A stretch of 15,359 nucleotides of DNA. It comes from Candidatus Micrarchaeia archaeon. GTDB lineage: Archaea; Micrarchaeota; Micrarchaeia; Burarchaeales; JACRGF01. The notes below the pieces were generated by a model, which had not been told where the DNA came from, ran no database searches, and was given only the letters and a program-made list of their open reading frames with translations. Position 1 is the stretch's first letter. Every line of letters starts with the position of its first letter. Location: positions 8,001 to 23,359 of the forward strand of contig JAWCPB010000018.1 of assembly GCA_038870455.1 (NCBI GenBank), read 5' to 3'. The translations under genes and the position numbers were made by a program. This document shows positions 7,163 to 15,280 of the stretch, one piece after another.

Positions 7163-7565
7163 TAACCCACCCTGCAGCACTCACAAGTCCTCCAAAGCCC
7201 GTAGAGGATGCTCGAGGCGCCCGCGATGTAGAAAAAATGCTCTACTAAAACAATCGTGTCGGATTTTCCTGAAGGCCGAACAGCAGGAGGTAGTGGAAGA
7301 AGTGCGCCAGCATGAGGAAGAAGAGCCCGACCGCGGTCCAGGTGTAAGCGGGCCTCATCAGCTTGCCGACCGCGTTGCGCATCGAGAGCGCGAGAAAAAA
7401 TCCGGAGAGCGAGACGATGATGTTCAGCGCATGGACCGCGCCGGTCTCGACGAGAAGCTCCTGCGGCAACCACTCCTCTTGTGGCGCTGGCTGCGTCGGC
7501 TCGCGGTACGCCGCAGATACTAGAAACGCGAGCAGAATGATGGCAGGAAGAGCCTTCGCGTGCAC
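7162..7565 (-). pseudogene. Multi-TM membrane protein with signal-like N-terminus, one frameshift
   Basis: VHAKALPAIILLAFLVSA...HFFHYLLLFGLQE continues, if one base is restored to the T4 run at 7264-7267, as KSDTIVLVEHFFYIAGASSILYGLWR...*; about 134 aa reconstructed. Confidence 0.65.
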
Positions 7566-7586
7566 GGGCGAGTTTGAGAAAACGGG

Positions 7587-7603
7587 TTTAAAACATTTTT
7601 TGA
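7587..7603 (-). promoter_or_regulatory. BRE/TATA promoter for the 7565 gene
   Basis: Minus strand reads TCAAAAAATGTTTTAAA, about 22 nt upstream of GTG 7565, overlapping the DUF72 stop codon. Confidence 0.5.
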
Positions 7604-8316
7604 AAACGGAGCGCGTCCTCGTACATGGCAAAGTTGTTAAACAGGATGTACGCAGAGCGGCTGAGGGAAGTGACTGCTTGTTTGACCTTGGCCAGCTCTG
7701 CGTCAGAAAACCTGTAATTGTACATGCTCGGCTTGCCGAATCCGTGCAGGCGGAAGTAAAGGAGCGGCTGCTCGGCCAGCCAAGGGGGAAGGTTGCGCAG
7801 GGGATCGACGCAGGCGATGAGGTCGAGCTCGGCGCAGATTTTCCTCACCGCGCCCTCTTCCCCCCACCACGCTCCCCTCGGCTCCCATGCAAACAGGAGC
7901 TTCCCCCTGTCCGCCCGCCCGAAAAATTTTTTCATCCTCCGCTTGTTTGCCGCGGTTGGCCTGAAAGAGGCGGGCGACTGGAACAGCACGATTTTCGCCC
8001 GCAGGGCGCTGGCGACCGCGTGCGTCCTCTCCCAGTGGAACAGCGACTCGGGCCCGAACCCGCCGCCCTCGTGCGTTATGCCCTGGAAGGCCTTCACGGT
8101 GAATGCGAACGCGGGGTTTGCCGCCCTCGCTTGCTCCAGCCACTTTGCTGCTGTTTCGGCTTTCGGAATTCTGTAGAAAGTTGAGTTGACTTCAACGAGG
8201 GAAAATAGCCGGGCATAGGCGGCGAGCGAGGAGGGGAATTTTTTCTTCCACTCTTTCCCAAAATAGTCCGCCGGCCTGAAGAAGCCCCACCCGCAGCAGC
8301 CAACGGCGGTTTTCAA
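7588..8316 (-). CDS. DUF72 (YecE-like) TIM-barrel protein
   Basis: VGCCGW, VEVNSTFYRIP, FTVKAFQGITH, LFQSPASF, WEPRG, YFRLHG, YILFNN motifs; TTG start at 8316 overlaps the upstream TGA. Confidence 0.93.
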   Translation of the reverse strand: MKTAVGCCGWGFFRPADYFGKEWKKKFPSSLAAYARLFSLVEVNSTFYRIPKAETAAKWLEQARAANPAFAFTVKAFQGITHEGGGFGPESLFHWERTHAVASALRAKIVLFQSPASFRPTAANKRRMKKFFGRADRGKLLFAWEPRGAWWGEEGAVRKICAELDLIACVDPLRNLPPWLAEQPLLYFRLHGFGKPSMYNYRFSDAELAKVKQAVTSLSRSAYILFNNFAMYEDALRFQKMF

Positions 8317-8807
8317 CGCAACACCGCGAGCAGTTCCTCGAAGCCGCCCCCGCCTCGCGCGTTCCACGCGGACGCGAACGCCTTAAACTCCTCCAGCTCG
8401 GCGGCCTGCTGGCGCAACAGTGCAAACACGGCCTTCTCAAAATCCGCGTCAAGTGCATACGTGCCTGTGCAGACCACGCCTTCTTTTATCGCAAGCCTGC
8501 CGTTCTTCAACTCGAACGGATACGCTCGGCAGGTCATCGGCCTGTCGCCGTAGGCGGCACAAGCGCGTTCGCGGGTCAGGAAGATGCAGCGCTCATTGGC
8601 CTTTCTCTTCAGGCAGAGCAGGGAAGGCCTTCCTTCAACCAACAGGAGGGGAAACTTTCCTCCCTCGTGAGGCTGGTGGGAAAGAATTTCCGACAAGCTG
8701 TAGCCCGCATCCGCGAGGCGGCGCGCGTCTGAAAGCGTGACCCCCACGGCAAAGCGGTCGCAGCACCTCGCGCCGCACGATGCGCACGGCTCTGGAATGA
8801 CGGGCAT
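8313..8807 (-). CDS. YkgJ family cysteine-cluster (zinc/iron-chelating) protein
   Basis: CASCGARCC...CIFL...CAAYGDRPMTCRAYPF...C; ATG at 8807, 1 nt after the lhr stop. Confidence 0.9.
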   Translation of the reverse strand: MPVIPEPCASCGARCCDRFAVGVTLSDARRLADAGYSLSEILSHQPHEGGKFPLLLVEGRPSLLCLKRKANERCIFLTRERACAAYGDRPMTCRAYPFELKNGRLAIKEGVVCTGTYALDADFEKAVFALLRQQAAELEEFKAFASAWNARGGGGFEELLAVLR

Positions 8808-8808
8808 G

Positions 8809-11553
8809 TCAACCGGCCTTCCAGTAGCGTTTTGTCCTGATAAACCTTTTCTGCGCCTCGAGCAGCTCGGCGAAGAACACGTCTTCATCCCGTATAATCC
8901 TGGCAAGGATGCGCGCGGCCGTCTCGGGCCCCACGCCGTATGTCGCGAGCGCCCAGGCGGCCCTCCGACCGTAGGCCGTGATGAGCGACGCCATCTTGGC
9001 TATTTCGCCCGCGCGCTTCTCCTCCTCCTTTTCCCTCTTCCATCTTTCCTTCCCCAAAGTCTTCTCGTCGCCTCGCTCGATTGGAGCGAGCAGGGGGCTC
9101 CAGCAGTGCGGGCAGGTCGGCTGGGGAAGAAGCTCTGCCAGCTTCCAGTAAGTGATTTTGCCGCAGTAGGTGCACAGGAACCTCTGTGTCTGGGCGAGCA
9201 GGCTGTTCTTGAAGGCACGCAGTATCTCGCCGCTCGGCTCGATGGGCGCCACGAGCTCGCCTCCCCGCACCCTGTCGAGCGCGAGCCTGCCGAGCGGGGT
9301 GAGCTCGCTGGAGTCGAGCGCAATGACGCGGACGCGGCCCTCCCTCGTCTGCCTGAGAAGCTCCTGCGCGGTTTCCACATCCAAATAGTTTGCGTAAATC
9401 TCCCTGAGCGCTTCCTTGAACACCGGCGTTTTCGAGAGCTTTTCGACAAAGCGGGCGCCCACGCGCGCGTGCTCTCCGATGAGCCCGAACGCCCTGGCCG
9501 CGTGAGTCAGCTTGTGCTTGAACAAGGCCGTCTTCGGCAGGTGGGCGTCGAGGATGAGCCGCAGCTCGCGGAGGCCGAGCAGGATTTCCTTGATGCGCGA
9601 GCTCTTTATGGGTTTGGGGAGCTGCAGGAGAATGCGGTAGGCCCCGCTGTCACACCTCACGCTCGCCCCGAGAAAGGCGGTGAGGCGGGCGGCCAGCGCC
9701 CTGGCGAGCGCGGCGTTGGCGAGCGAGCCGGCCGCGGCGTGGATGACGCAGACGTTTTCAACGCACTCTATGAGGATGGTTCTGTCGTCTGGGAGTGGGC
9801 GCTGGCCTTTCAGAGCGTTGCGCGCGCGCTCGAGCGCGGCCGGCTCTGTCGAGTATTCCGCGGCGAGGGAGTGAATGTCCTCCTCCAGCAGCCGCCTCCT
9901 CAGCCGGCCGGCCTCGGCCGCGACCTCCGGCGAAACCGGAATCTCCTCGCCCTCCCAGTCCGGGATGGCGGCCTCAAAGCTCTCGGCCGGCTCCACGACA
10001 ATCTCCTCCTCGCCGACGTCGAGAACCCTCCATGGCACGCCCTTCGTTATGAACAGCAGGCCGGCCTCGAGGCCGGCAACAAAACCCTCGTCAAGAGAGC
10101 CCACGACGCCGTTCGTCGCGGCGTTCCTCACGCGGAATTTTTTCTCGCTCGGAATCGTGGAGAGGTTCAGGTAGTAGTAGGCGCGCGTGCTCGCGTTTTT
10201 TTCAATGAGCTTGCCGTCGAAGCGGATCAGCCTCTCGCCGGCGAGCTGGCGCGCGACTTCTTCGATGGTTTCTTTTGTTGTTGCCGCGTAAGGTCCGGCT
10301 TGTTTGATGATCGCCAGAGCGGCGTCGACGGTGATGGCGCCGTGGTCAAGCGCGAGGCCGGCCAGCTGGTGGGCCAGCACGTCGAGCGCGCCCGAGGCCG
10401 CGCGCGCCTTTTCGAGCAGGCCCGCGGCCGCGAACTTGGCGATGGCGGCGGCCTCGAGAATGTCGTCGGTGTCGCTGGCGATGATCTCACCCCTCGGCGT
10501 CTTGGCGACCGCGTGGCCGCTTCTGCCGACGCGCTGGACGAGCCGCACGGCCTGCCGGGGCGACATGTACTGCACGACTCCCTCTACGTCGCCGATGTCT
10601 ATGCCGAGCTCGAGCGACGAGGTGGCCACAAGGCCCCTCAGCTCGCTGTGCTTGAACTTCTGCTCGGTCGCGACGCGGACTTCGCGCGCGAGCGAGCCGT
10701 GGTGAATCCCGACGCTGGCGGCGAGGCGCAGCAGCCGCGAGGAAAGGATTTCGGCGATGCTGCGGGTGTTCACGAAGACGAGCGTCTTGCGCGCGCGCAC
10801 GAGCCGGTCGAGCAGGCGCAGGCGCGCGACCGCGCCGGCGTCAAGAAAAAGGCTGTCCGCCAGCTCGAAGTCCTCGGCGGCGGGCTCTGGCGAAACCACG
10901 CGCAGGGCGAGCGTCCTGGCGGCGGGCAGGGCGGCAACCTGGCACTCCCGCGCTCCGCACAGGAAGCGACCCACCTCAGCCGGCTCGCTGACGGTGGCGC
11001 TGAGCCCGATGCGCTGGAAGGACGGCAGGCCTGCCGCGGCCTTCTTGGCCTCAAGCCGCTCGAGGCCGAGCGCGAGCTGCGCCCCCCTCTTGTCGCAGAA
11101 AAGCTCGTGCACCTCATCGACAACAACCGCGTTGGCGTGCAGGAGGTGGGCGCACATCTTGGGCGCGCACAGCATGGCCTGCAGCGATTCGGGCGTTGTG
11201 ATGAGCAGCTGAGGGGGGAGCTTTGCCTGTGCGGCGCGCTCCCTCGCGGTCGTGTCTCCGTGCCGCACGCCCACCGTGACACCGAGCTCCCTCGCCCACC
11301 AGGTTATCCTATCAAGGAGGTCGCGGTTGAGCGCGCGCAGGGGGGTGATGTAGAGAGCGCGCACGCCGGCTTTTTCGGCCCGCGCCCTTTCCAGAAGCGG
11401 AAGCAGGGCGGCTTCTGTCTTGCCGAAGCCCGTGGGGGCCACGATGAGTGTGTGCCTGCCGCTGGCCACGACTGGAATGGCGAGTTCCTGTATTTTCGTG
11501 AGGGAGGCGAAACCCCGCTTGGCGAGCAGCCCCTTCATTGTTTCGGATAGCAT
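8809..11553 (-). CDS. lhr: ATP-dependent SF2 helicase Lhr with C-terminal Zn ribbon (resembles the aLhr1 type)
   Basis: APTGFGKT, TPLRALNRD, RHGDT, TTPESL, DEVH, LSAT, HHGSL, ATSSLELGIDIG, QRVGRSGH, PDWEGE; C-terminal CTYC...CPHC and YGVGPETAARIL. Confidence 0.95.
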   Translation of the reverse strand: MLSETMKGLLAKRGFASLTKIQELAIPVVASGRHTLIVAPTGFGKTEAALLPLLERARAEKAGVRALYITPLRALNRDLLDRITWWARELGVTVGVRHGDTTARERAAQAKLPPQLLITTPESLQAMLCAPKMCAHLLHANAVVVDEVHELFCDKRGAQLALGLERLEAKKAAAGLPSFQRIGLSATVSEPAEVGRFLCGARECQVAALPAARTLALRVVSPEPAAEDFELADSLFLDAGAVARLRLLDRLVRARKTLVFVNTRSIAEILSSRLLRLAASVGIHHGSLAREVRVATEQKFKHSELRGLVATSSLELGIDIGDVEGVVQYMSPRQAVRLVQRVGRSGHAVAKTPRGEIIASDTDDILEAAAIAKFAAAGLLEKARAASGALDVLAHQLAGLALDHGAITVDAALAIIKQAGPYAATTKETIEEVARQLAGERLIRFDGKLIEKNASTRAYYYLNLSTIPSEKKFRVRNAATNGVVGSLDEGFVAGLEAGLLFITKGVPWRVLDVGEEEIVVEPAESFEAAIPDWEGEEIPVSPEVAAEAGRLRRRLLEEDIHSLAAEYSTEPAALERARNALKGQRPLPDDRTILIECVENVCVIHAAAGSLANAALARALAARLTAFLGASVRCDSGAYRILLQLPKPIKSSRIKEILLGLRELRLILDAHLPKTALFKHKLTHAARAFGLIGEHARVGARFVEKLSKTPVFKEALREIYANYLDVETAQELLRQTREGRVRVIALDSSELTPLGRLALDRVRGGELVAPIEPSGEILRAFKNSLLAQTQRFLCTYCGKITYWKLAELLPQPTCPHCWSPLLAPIERGDEKTLGKERWKREKEEEKRAGEIAKMASLITAYGRRAAWALATYGVGPETAARILARIIRDEDVFFAELLEAQKRFIRTKRYWKAG

Positions 11554-11580
11554 GGCACCAACAGAAGCAAGAGGAAAACG

Positions 11581-12141
11581 CTAGGCCTTGTCTTTGTTTT
11601 CCTTGCTGGGGTCCTCGGCGTCCGGGCCGGTCTTGTGCCGCCTGTCCCGCTTGGCTTTGCTGGCGTGAATTATTTTCTTCGGCGGCTCTGCCGGCCTGGC
11701 GAGCCTCTTCCGCTCCTCAGCAACGCTCTTTTCAAAGTCTGCGTGAGCCCTCTCCTCGAGCTTTTTGCTCTCTTTCCTGACAACCTCGAGCCTCTTGGCG
11801 TCTGCCTTGAGCACCTCGCGCAGCACGCCCACCTCCTCGATGACCAGCTTGCTTGCAAAAACATCGGGAGCGCCCATCGGCTTGGGCGCCTCGGCATTGA
11901 TTTCGGGAGCGTGCAGGATTGGCTCAACCCTGATTTCAGGCGCCTTGAACTCGACTGGCTTGGGAGACGCTGGCTTGATCTCGGGTGCCTTGAATTCCGG
12001 AGCAGGCTTGGCTTCCTCGGCCTTGATTTTCTCGGCTTTCACCTCGGGTGCCCTGAAGTCGTCCATCCTGTCTGCAAAGGCGTCCGCTGGCGTCTGCCCT
12101 GGCTTGAACTCCCTTCGCTTAAGCCCAGGCTGGGCGAGCAT
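11581..12141 (-). CDS. Hypothetical protein with repeated APE[IV] peptide motifs and C-terminal coiled coil
   Basis: ATG 12141 lies about 22 nt after a TTTTATAT box; FRAPEV, FKAPEI x2, LHAPEI, MGAPDV; charged helical C-terminal half. Confidence 0.75.
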   Translation of the reverse strand: MLAQPGLKRREFKPGQTPADAFADRMDDFRAPEVKAEKIKAEEAKPAPEFKAPEIKPASPKPVEFKAPEIRVEPILHAPEINAEAPKPMGAPDVFASKLVIEEVGVLREVLKADAKRLEVVRKESKKLEERAHADFEKSVAEERKRLARPAEPPKKIIHASKAKRDRRHKTGPDAEDPSKENKDKA

Positions 12142-12162
12142 AAGTTGGTTATGCCCGCGGGG

Positions 12163-12181
12163 ATATAAAAACGTATTTAAA
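12163..12181. promoter_or_regulatory. Divergent TATA boxes (repeat protein / KaiC-like operon)
   Basis: ATATAAAAACGTATTTAAA: TTTTATAT on the - strand and BRE-like AAAAC + TTTAAA on the + strand, about 28 nt before ATG 12210. Confidence 0.6.
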
Positions 12182-12209
12182 CAGCGCACTGCAATTCGTC
12201 AGGGGTTTT

Positions 12210-12902
12210 ATGGTGAACGGAAGGGTGAAGACGGGCGTACGCGGGCTCGACGAGATGCTCAAGGGTGGGATTCCGGCACGACACCACGTGCTCGTGTGCG
12301 GCGGGCCGGGCACGGGAAAGACGCTTTTCGCCATGCAGTACATCTACAGCGGGGCGAAGGAAGGTGAGAAGGGCGTTTACATCACGCTCGAGGAGGACCC
12401 GAAGAGGATAATCGAGAACGCCAAGGCCGCCTTCCCAGGCTGGGAGGACATCGACAAACTCGTGGAGGAGCAGAAGATTTTCGTGGTGAAGCCGGACAGG
12501 CACAACTTCGTGAATTTCAGCGACATGCTGCAGTCGTACATCACCCAGCACGGGGTGAAGCGCGCCGCCGTTGACAGCGCCACCATACTCAAGATGTCCT
12601 TCGATGACCCGGCCGAGTTCCGCAGGAGGCTCTTCGACTTCCTTTCCTTCCTCGGAAACCTCGACTGCACGGTCGTGCTCACCGCCGAGCTCAGCAACGC
12701 AAGCCGCGAGAGAATGCGGTTCAGCCTCGAACAGTTCGTCGCGGACGGCGTCATCGTCGTGTACAACCTCGAGAGAGGCGAGAAGAGGCTGCGCGCGCTT
12801 GAGGTGCTGAAAATGCGCGGCACCGATCACGTGAGGGACCTCGTGCCCATGAAATTCACGCCGAACGGCATTGAGGTGTATGTAGGCGAGAAGGTGTATT
12901 GA
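12210..12902 (+). CDS. Single-domain KaiC-like RecA-superfamily ATPase (COG0467-type)
   Basis: VKTGVRGLDEMLKGG, Walker A GGPGTGKT, YITLEE, AAVDS, LTAE, VADGVI, LEVLKMRGT. Confidence 0.95.
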   Translation: MVNGRVKTGVRGLDEMLKGGIPARHHVLVCGGPGTGKTLFAMQYIYSGAKEGEKGVYITLEEDPKRIIENAKAAFPGWEDIDKLVEEQKIFVVKPDRHNFVNFSDMLQSYITQHGVKRAAVDSATILKMSFDDPAEFRRRLFDFLSFLGNLDCTVVLTAELSNASRERMRFSLEQFVADGVIVVYNLERGEKRLRALEVLKMRGTDHVRDLVPMKFTPNGIEVYVGEKVY

Positions 12903-13672
12903 TGGCAGAGCCGACTTCGTTCATATACGACCTAGGGGAGAAAGTCGATATCGAGAAGGCGAAGAGGGGGAGCGCGCTGCTGAAGTCCCCGCCCGGCGAG
13001 AAGAACTTCGCGTACGCGAAGCTCGACGGCCTGAACGCCATCCTGTTCAACAACGGAAAGCTCAGGATAACGCATTCTGACGGGACAAGAAAGTCGCTCG
13101 AGAGGGCGCTGCCGGCGGCAATTCCGAAGATACAGAAGCTCATTGAGGACGCCGCGAGGGCCGCTGGCGCGAAAGTCGATGCTGGCTGGGTGATATCGAA
13201 CGGAAAGGCCGAGGAGGAGGGGTTCGCCACGCCCGAGAGGACGAGCCTGGGAAACCGCGCCGGCCTGCTCGCGCTCCAAGCCATCGCCATTCACGCGCCG
13301 GACAAGGTGCTCGGCGAGTACCAGAGGGAGAGAGTCGCGGCGCAGGCGGGCGACACGATCGGCAGAACGCTCGCCCAAGGAGTCAAGAACAAGGAGGCGC
13401 TCGCCAAAGCGGTTGTTGATTTCCTGAAGGAAGAAGGCATTGGGGTGGCCGAGGTCGGCGGCGGGAAAGACGTTGTTTTCATAGTCAGAGAGAGCGCCTT
13501 CGCCTACGGCCTGCCGCCAGTTGGAAAGCCGCTCTGCGGCTTCATAAGAGGGCTCATCAGGGGGGCTTACGCTGCATTCTTCCGCAGCGAGTCCGTGAAT
13601 GCCGTGGAGACGCGGTGCTGGGGAACCGGCGACGTCGAGTGCGAGTTCAGCGTAAAGCAGCTCATGATGTAA
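12902..13672 (+). CDS. V4R-domain protein with putative TBP-like N-terminal domain
   Basis: C-terminal ESAFAYGLPPVGKPLCGFIRG...VETRCWGTGDVECEF (V4R Cys/Glu/Cys/Cys site). N-terminal YDLGEKVDIEK...AILFNNGKLRIT. TGATG coupling to the ATPase, SD AAGGTG. Confidence 0.85.
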   Translation: MAEPTSFIYDLGEKVDIEKAKRGSALLKSPPGEKNFAYAKLDGLNAILFNNGKLRITHSDGTRKSLERALPAAIPKIQKLIEDAARAAGAKVDAGWVISNGKAEEEGFATPERTSLGNRAGLLALQAIAIHAPDKVLGEYQRERVAAQAGDTIGRTLAQGVKNKEALAKAVVDFLKEEGIGVAEVGGGKDVVFIVRESAFAYGLPPVGKPLCGFIRGLIRGAYAAFFRSESVNAVETRCWGTGDVECEFSVKQLMM

Positions 13673-13686
13673 TCAGCCGTATGTAA

Positions 13687-14157
13687 TCAGCCGTAGAGGC
13701 CCTTGAGCGAGCGCAGCGCTTCCCTGAGCTTCGCCAGCGCGACCTCGCTCCTGCTCTTGAGAACGTGCTCGAAGGAAGCCGCCACGTCGTCCTTCTCCGA
13801 AAAGGGAGGGATGGTAAAAAAATATTTTCCCCTCACGCGCGAGAGAAACCCCTTTCTCTTGAGCTGGAAAAGGTGGTAGCGCACCGCCTTTTCCTGATGC
13901 CTGTCGTTCAACTTTCTCATGCCATCCATGATGTCGTGAATGTCGGGGTCCCTGCCCTCGCCCAGCTGGAAAGCAAAAAGCACTTCAAGGAGGTCGATGA
14001 GTGTCTTTCTCGACTCGTTCGGCGAGATGAGGCCTGCCGCGAGCGCGATCCAGCGCACGAGGCTTTTTCTCGTCATCCTCACGTCCTGCGTGAGCGAGAG
14101 GTCGCGCAGGGTGACCTCTCCCTGAATGAGCCGCGCCTCAGGAATTGCGAGAGCCAT
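13687..14157 (-). CDS. Winged-helix (ArsR-like) DNA-binding protein
   Basis: DIHDI...EKAVRYHLFQLKRKGFLSRVRGKYFF HTH-wing pattern; ATG 14157 about 24 nt from a TTTAAAAA box. Confidence 0.75.
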   Translation of the reverse strand: MALAIPEARLIQGEVTLRDLSLTQDVRMTRKSLVRWIALAAGLISPNESRKTLIDLLEVLFAFQLGEGRDPDIHDIMDGMRKLNDRHQEKAVRYHLFQLKRKGFLSRVRGKYFFTIPPFSEKDDVAASFEHVLKSRSEVALAKLREALRSLKGLYG

Positions 14158-14180
14158 ACCAAAAAACTTTTGGAGAGAGA

Positions 14181-14188
14181 TTTTTAAA
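14181..14188. promoter_or_regulatory. Shared bidirectional TATA box
   Basis: TTTTTAAA lies about 23 nt from both ATG 14157 (-) and ATG 14211 (+). Confidence 0.55.
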
Positions 14189-14210
14189 TGCAACGCGCCC
14201 TTTTCTCTCC

Positions 14211-14579
14211 ATGCCCCTCTTCAGACTCATCCCGCGCTTCTACCCCCTGCGCCTCACAGCATTCATGAGAAGCGAGGTCGAGCTGACCATCGACGTGGAA
14301 AACCATTCAGGCATGCTGTGCTGGTTCGAGTGTGATGTGGTCGTGCCCGAGGCGGTGTCGCTCGCGCCCGACAGGCCCCTCACAAAAGGCAGACTGAGAA
14401 TCGGCATCATCGAGCCTGGGGGAAGAGGAAGCGGGAAGTGCAAGGTGTACGCGAGCCCCAGAAGCTACCCAGACCACTATCCAATCCAGCTCATCGTCTT
14501 CGCGTACGGAAGAGACGGCGCCATAGTTGGCCGGGAAGACGCGAGGACAGAACTGAGGTGCGAGCAGGTGGGCCGATAA
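14211..14579 (+). CDS. Hypothetical protein, probable Ig-like beta-sandwich
   Basis: Alternating hydrophobic beta-strand pattern (VELTIDVEN, VVVPEAVSL, IGIIEPG, YPIQLIVFAY); no signal peptide. Confidence 0.7.
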   Translation: MPLFRLIPRFYPLRLTAFMRSEVELTIDVENHSGMLCWFECDVVVPEAVSLAPDRPLTKGRLRIGIIEPGGRGSGKCKVYASPRSYPDHYPIQLIVFAYGRDGAIVGREDARTELRCEQVGR

Positions 14580-14650
14580 ACGACCAAAACGTATTTAAAT
14601 GAGGTGAAAGAAAGCACAGCGCCAGTTTGGCTGCGGGTGGTATTGTGAGC

Positions 14651-14947
14651 ATGAGAATATCAAAGCTGTACAACATGGACATCTTCACCGACACGGGAAA
14701 GTTCCTCGGCAGGGTGCAGGATATGGTGGTTGATTTTGAAAAAGGGGAGATTGTGCGCATCACCATGGAACCGTTGAACGCGGCCTCCAAAGAAGAGGCC
14801 AAGCGCATCCTCAGAGAAAAAAGCGTGCTCTACAAGAACGTCAAGTCGGTCGAGGATGTTGTTGTCGTGACGAAAGGAACAACGCCGCCGCTCAGCGAAA
14901 GTGAGTTGGAGGAAGAAAAGGGCGCTGGTTTCCGCTTTGGCAGATAA
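14651..14947 (+). CDS. PRC-barrel domain protein (CdpB-like archaeal cell-division factor candidate)
   Basis: MRISKLYNMDIFTDTGKFLGRVQDMVVDFEKGEI...VLYKNVKSVEDVVVV; SD GGTGGT upstream; TATA at 14594-14599. Confidence 0.88.
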   Translation: MRISKLYNMDIFTDTGKFLGRVQDMVVDFEKGEIVRITMEPLNAASKEEAKRILREKSVLYKNVKSVEDVVVVTKGTTPPLSESELEEEKGAGFRFGR

Positions 14948-15012
14948 ACACACACCAAACGCTTTCACTCACACACCACACTTCCACTAAAAAACAAACA
15001 GTGGATAAGGTC

Positions 15013-15249
15013 CTAGAACAGGCGCTCAATGCCTGAAATCTTTGTTTTATAAACCTCCACAAAACCCTCAAATTGAGAAAAGAAGGTATCTGCATCCTTT
15101 TCAGAAGAATCCGACACTATCAAGACTGATTTGGTTGCTTTGGAGAAGGATTTGAATTGTTGTTTTGCTAAAGAATAATAAAAACGTCTTTTGAGTGTGT
15201 TATAAGCTTTTACGCCTTTAATTTTCAAGTCAAAACAATATAACAACAT
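15013..15249 (-). CDS. Solo Cas2/VapD-like small ferredoxin-fold protein (AT-rich)
   Basis: 78 aa; N-terminal hydrophobic strand ending in Asp (LLYCFDL), helix KRRFYYSL, TKSVLIV resembling the Cas2 QxSV motif; markedly lower GC than the rest of the window. Confidence 0.55.
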   Translation of the reverse strand: MLLYCFDLKIKGVKAYNTLKRRFYYSLAKQQFKSFSKATKSVLIVSDSSEKDADTFFSQFEGFVEVYKTKISGIERLF

Positions 15250-15251
15250 AT

Positions 15252-15280
15252 TGTAACCATAGTTACATTTATTTCTTAAA
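15252..15280 (-). promoter_or_regulatory. Palindromic operator plus TATA box of the Cas2-like gene
   Basis: TGTAAC-cata-GTTACA (15252-15267) lies between the start codon (15249) and a minus-strand TTTAAG box (15275-15280). Confidence 0.55.

Noticed and set aside
8737-11550. 937-aa ORF on the + strand
   Set aside because: Antisense shadow of lhr in the codon-aligned frame; expected with high GC3; no recognisable motifs.
12210-12902. Circadian clock KaiC
   Set aside because: Single domain, no Ser/Thr at the usual phosphosite position (EQFVADG) and no kaiA/kaiB in the window; treated as a generic KaiC-like ATPase.
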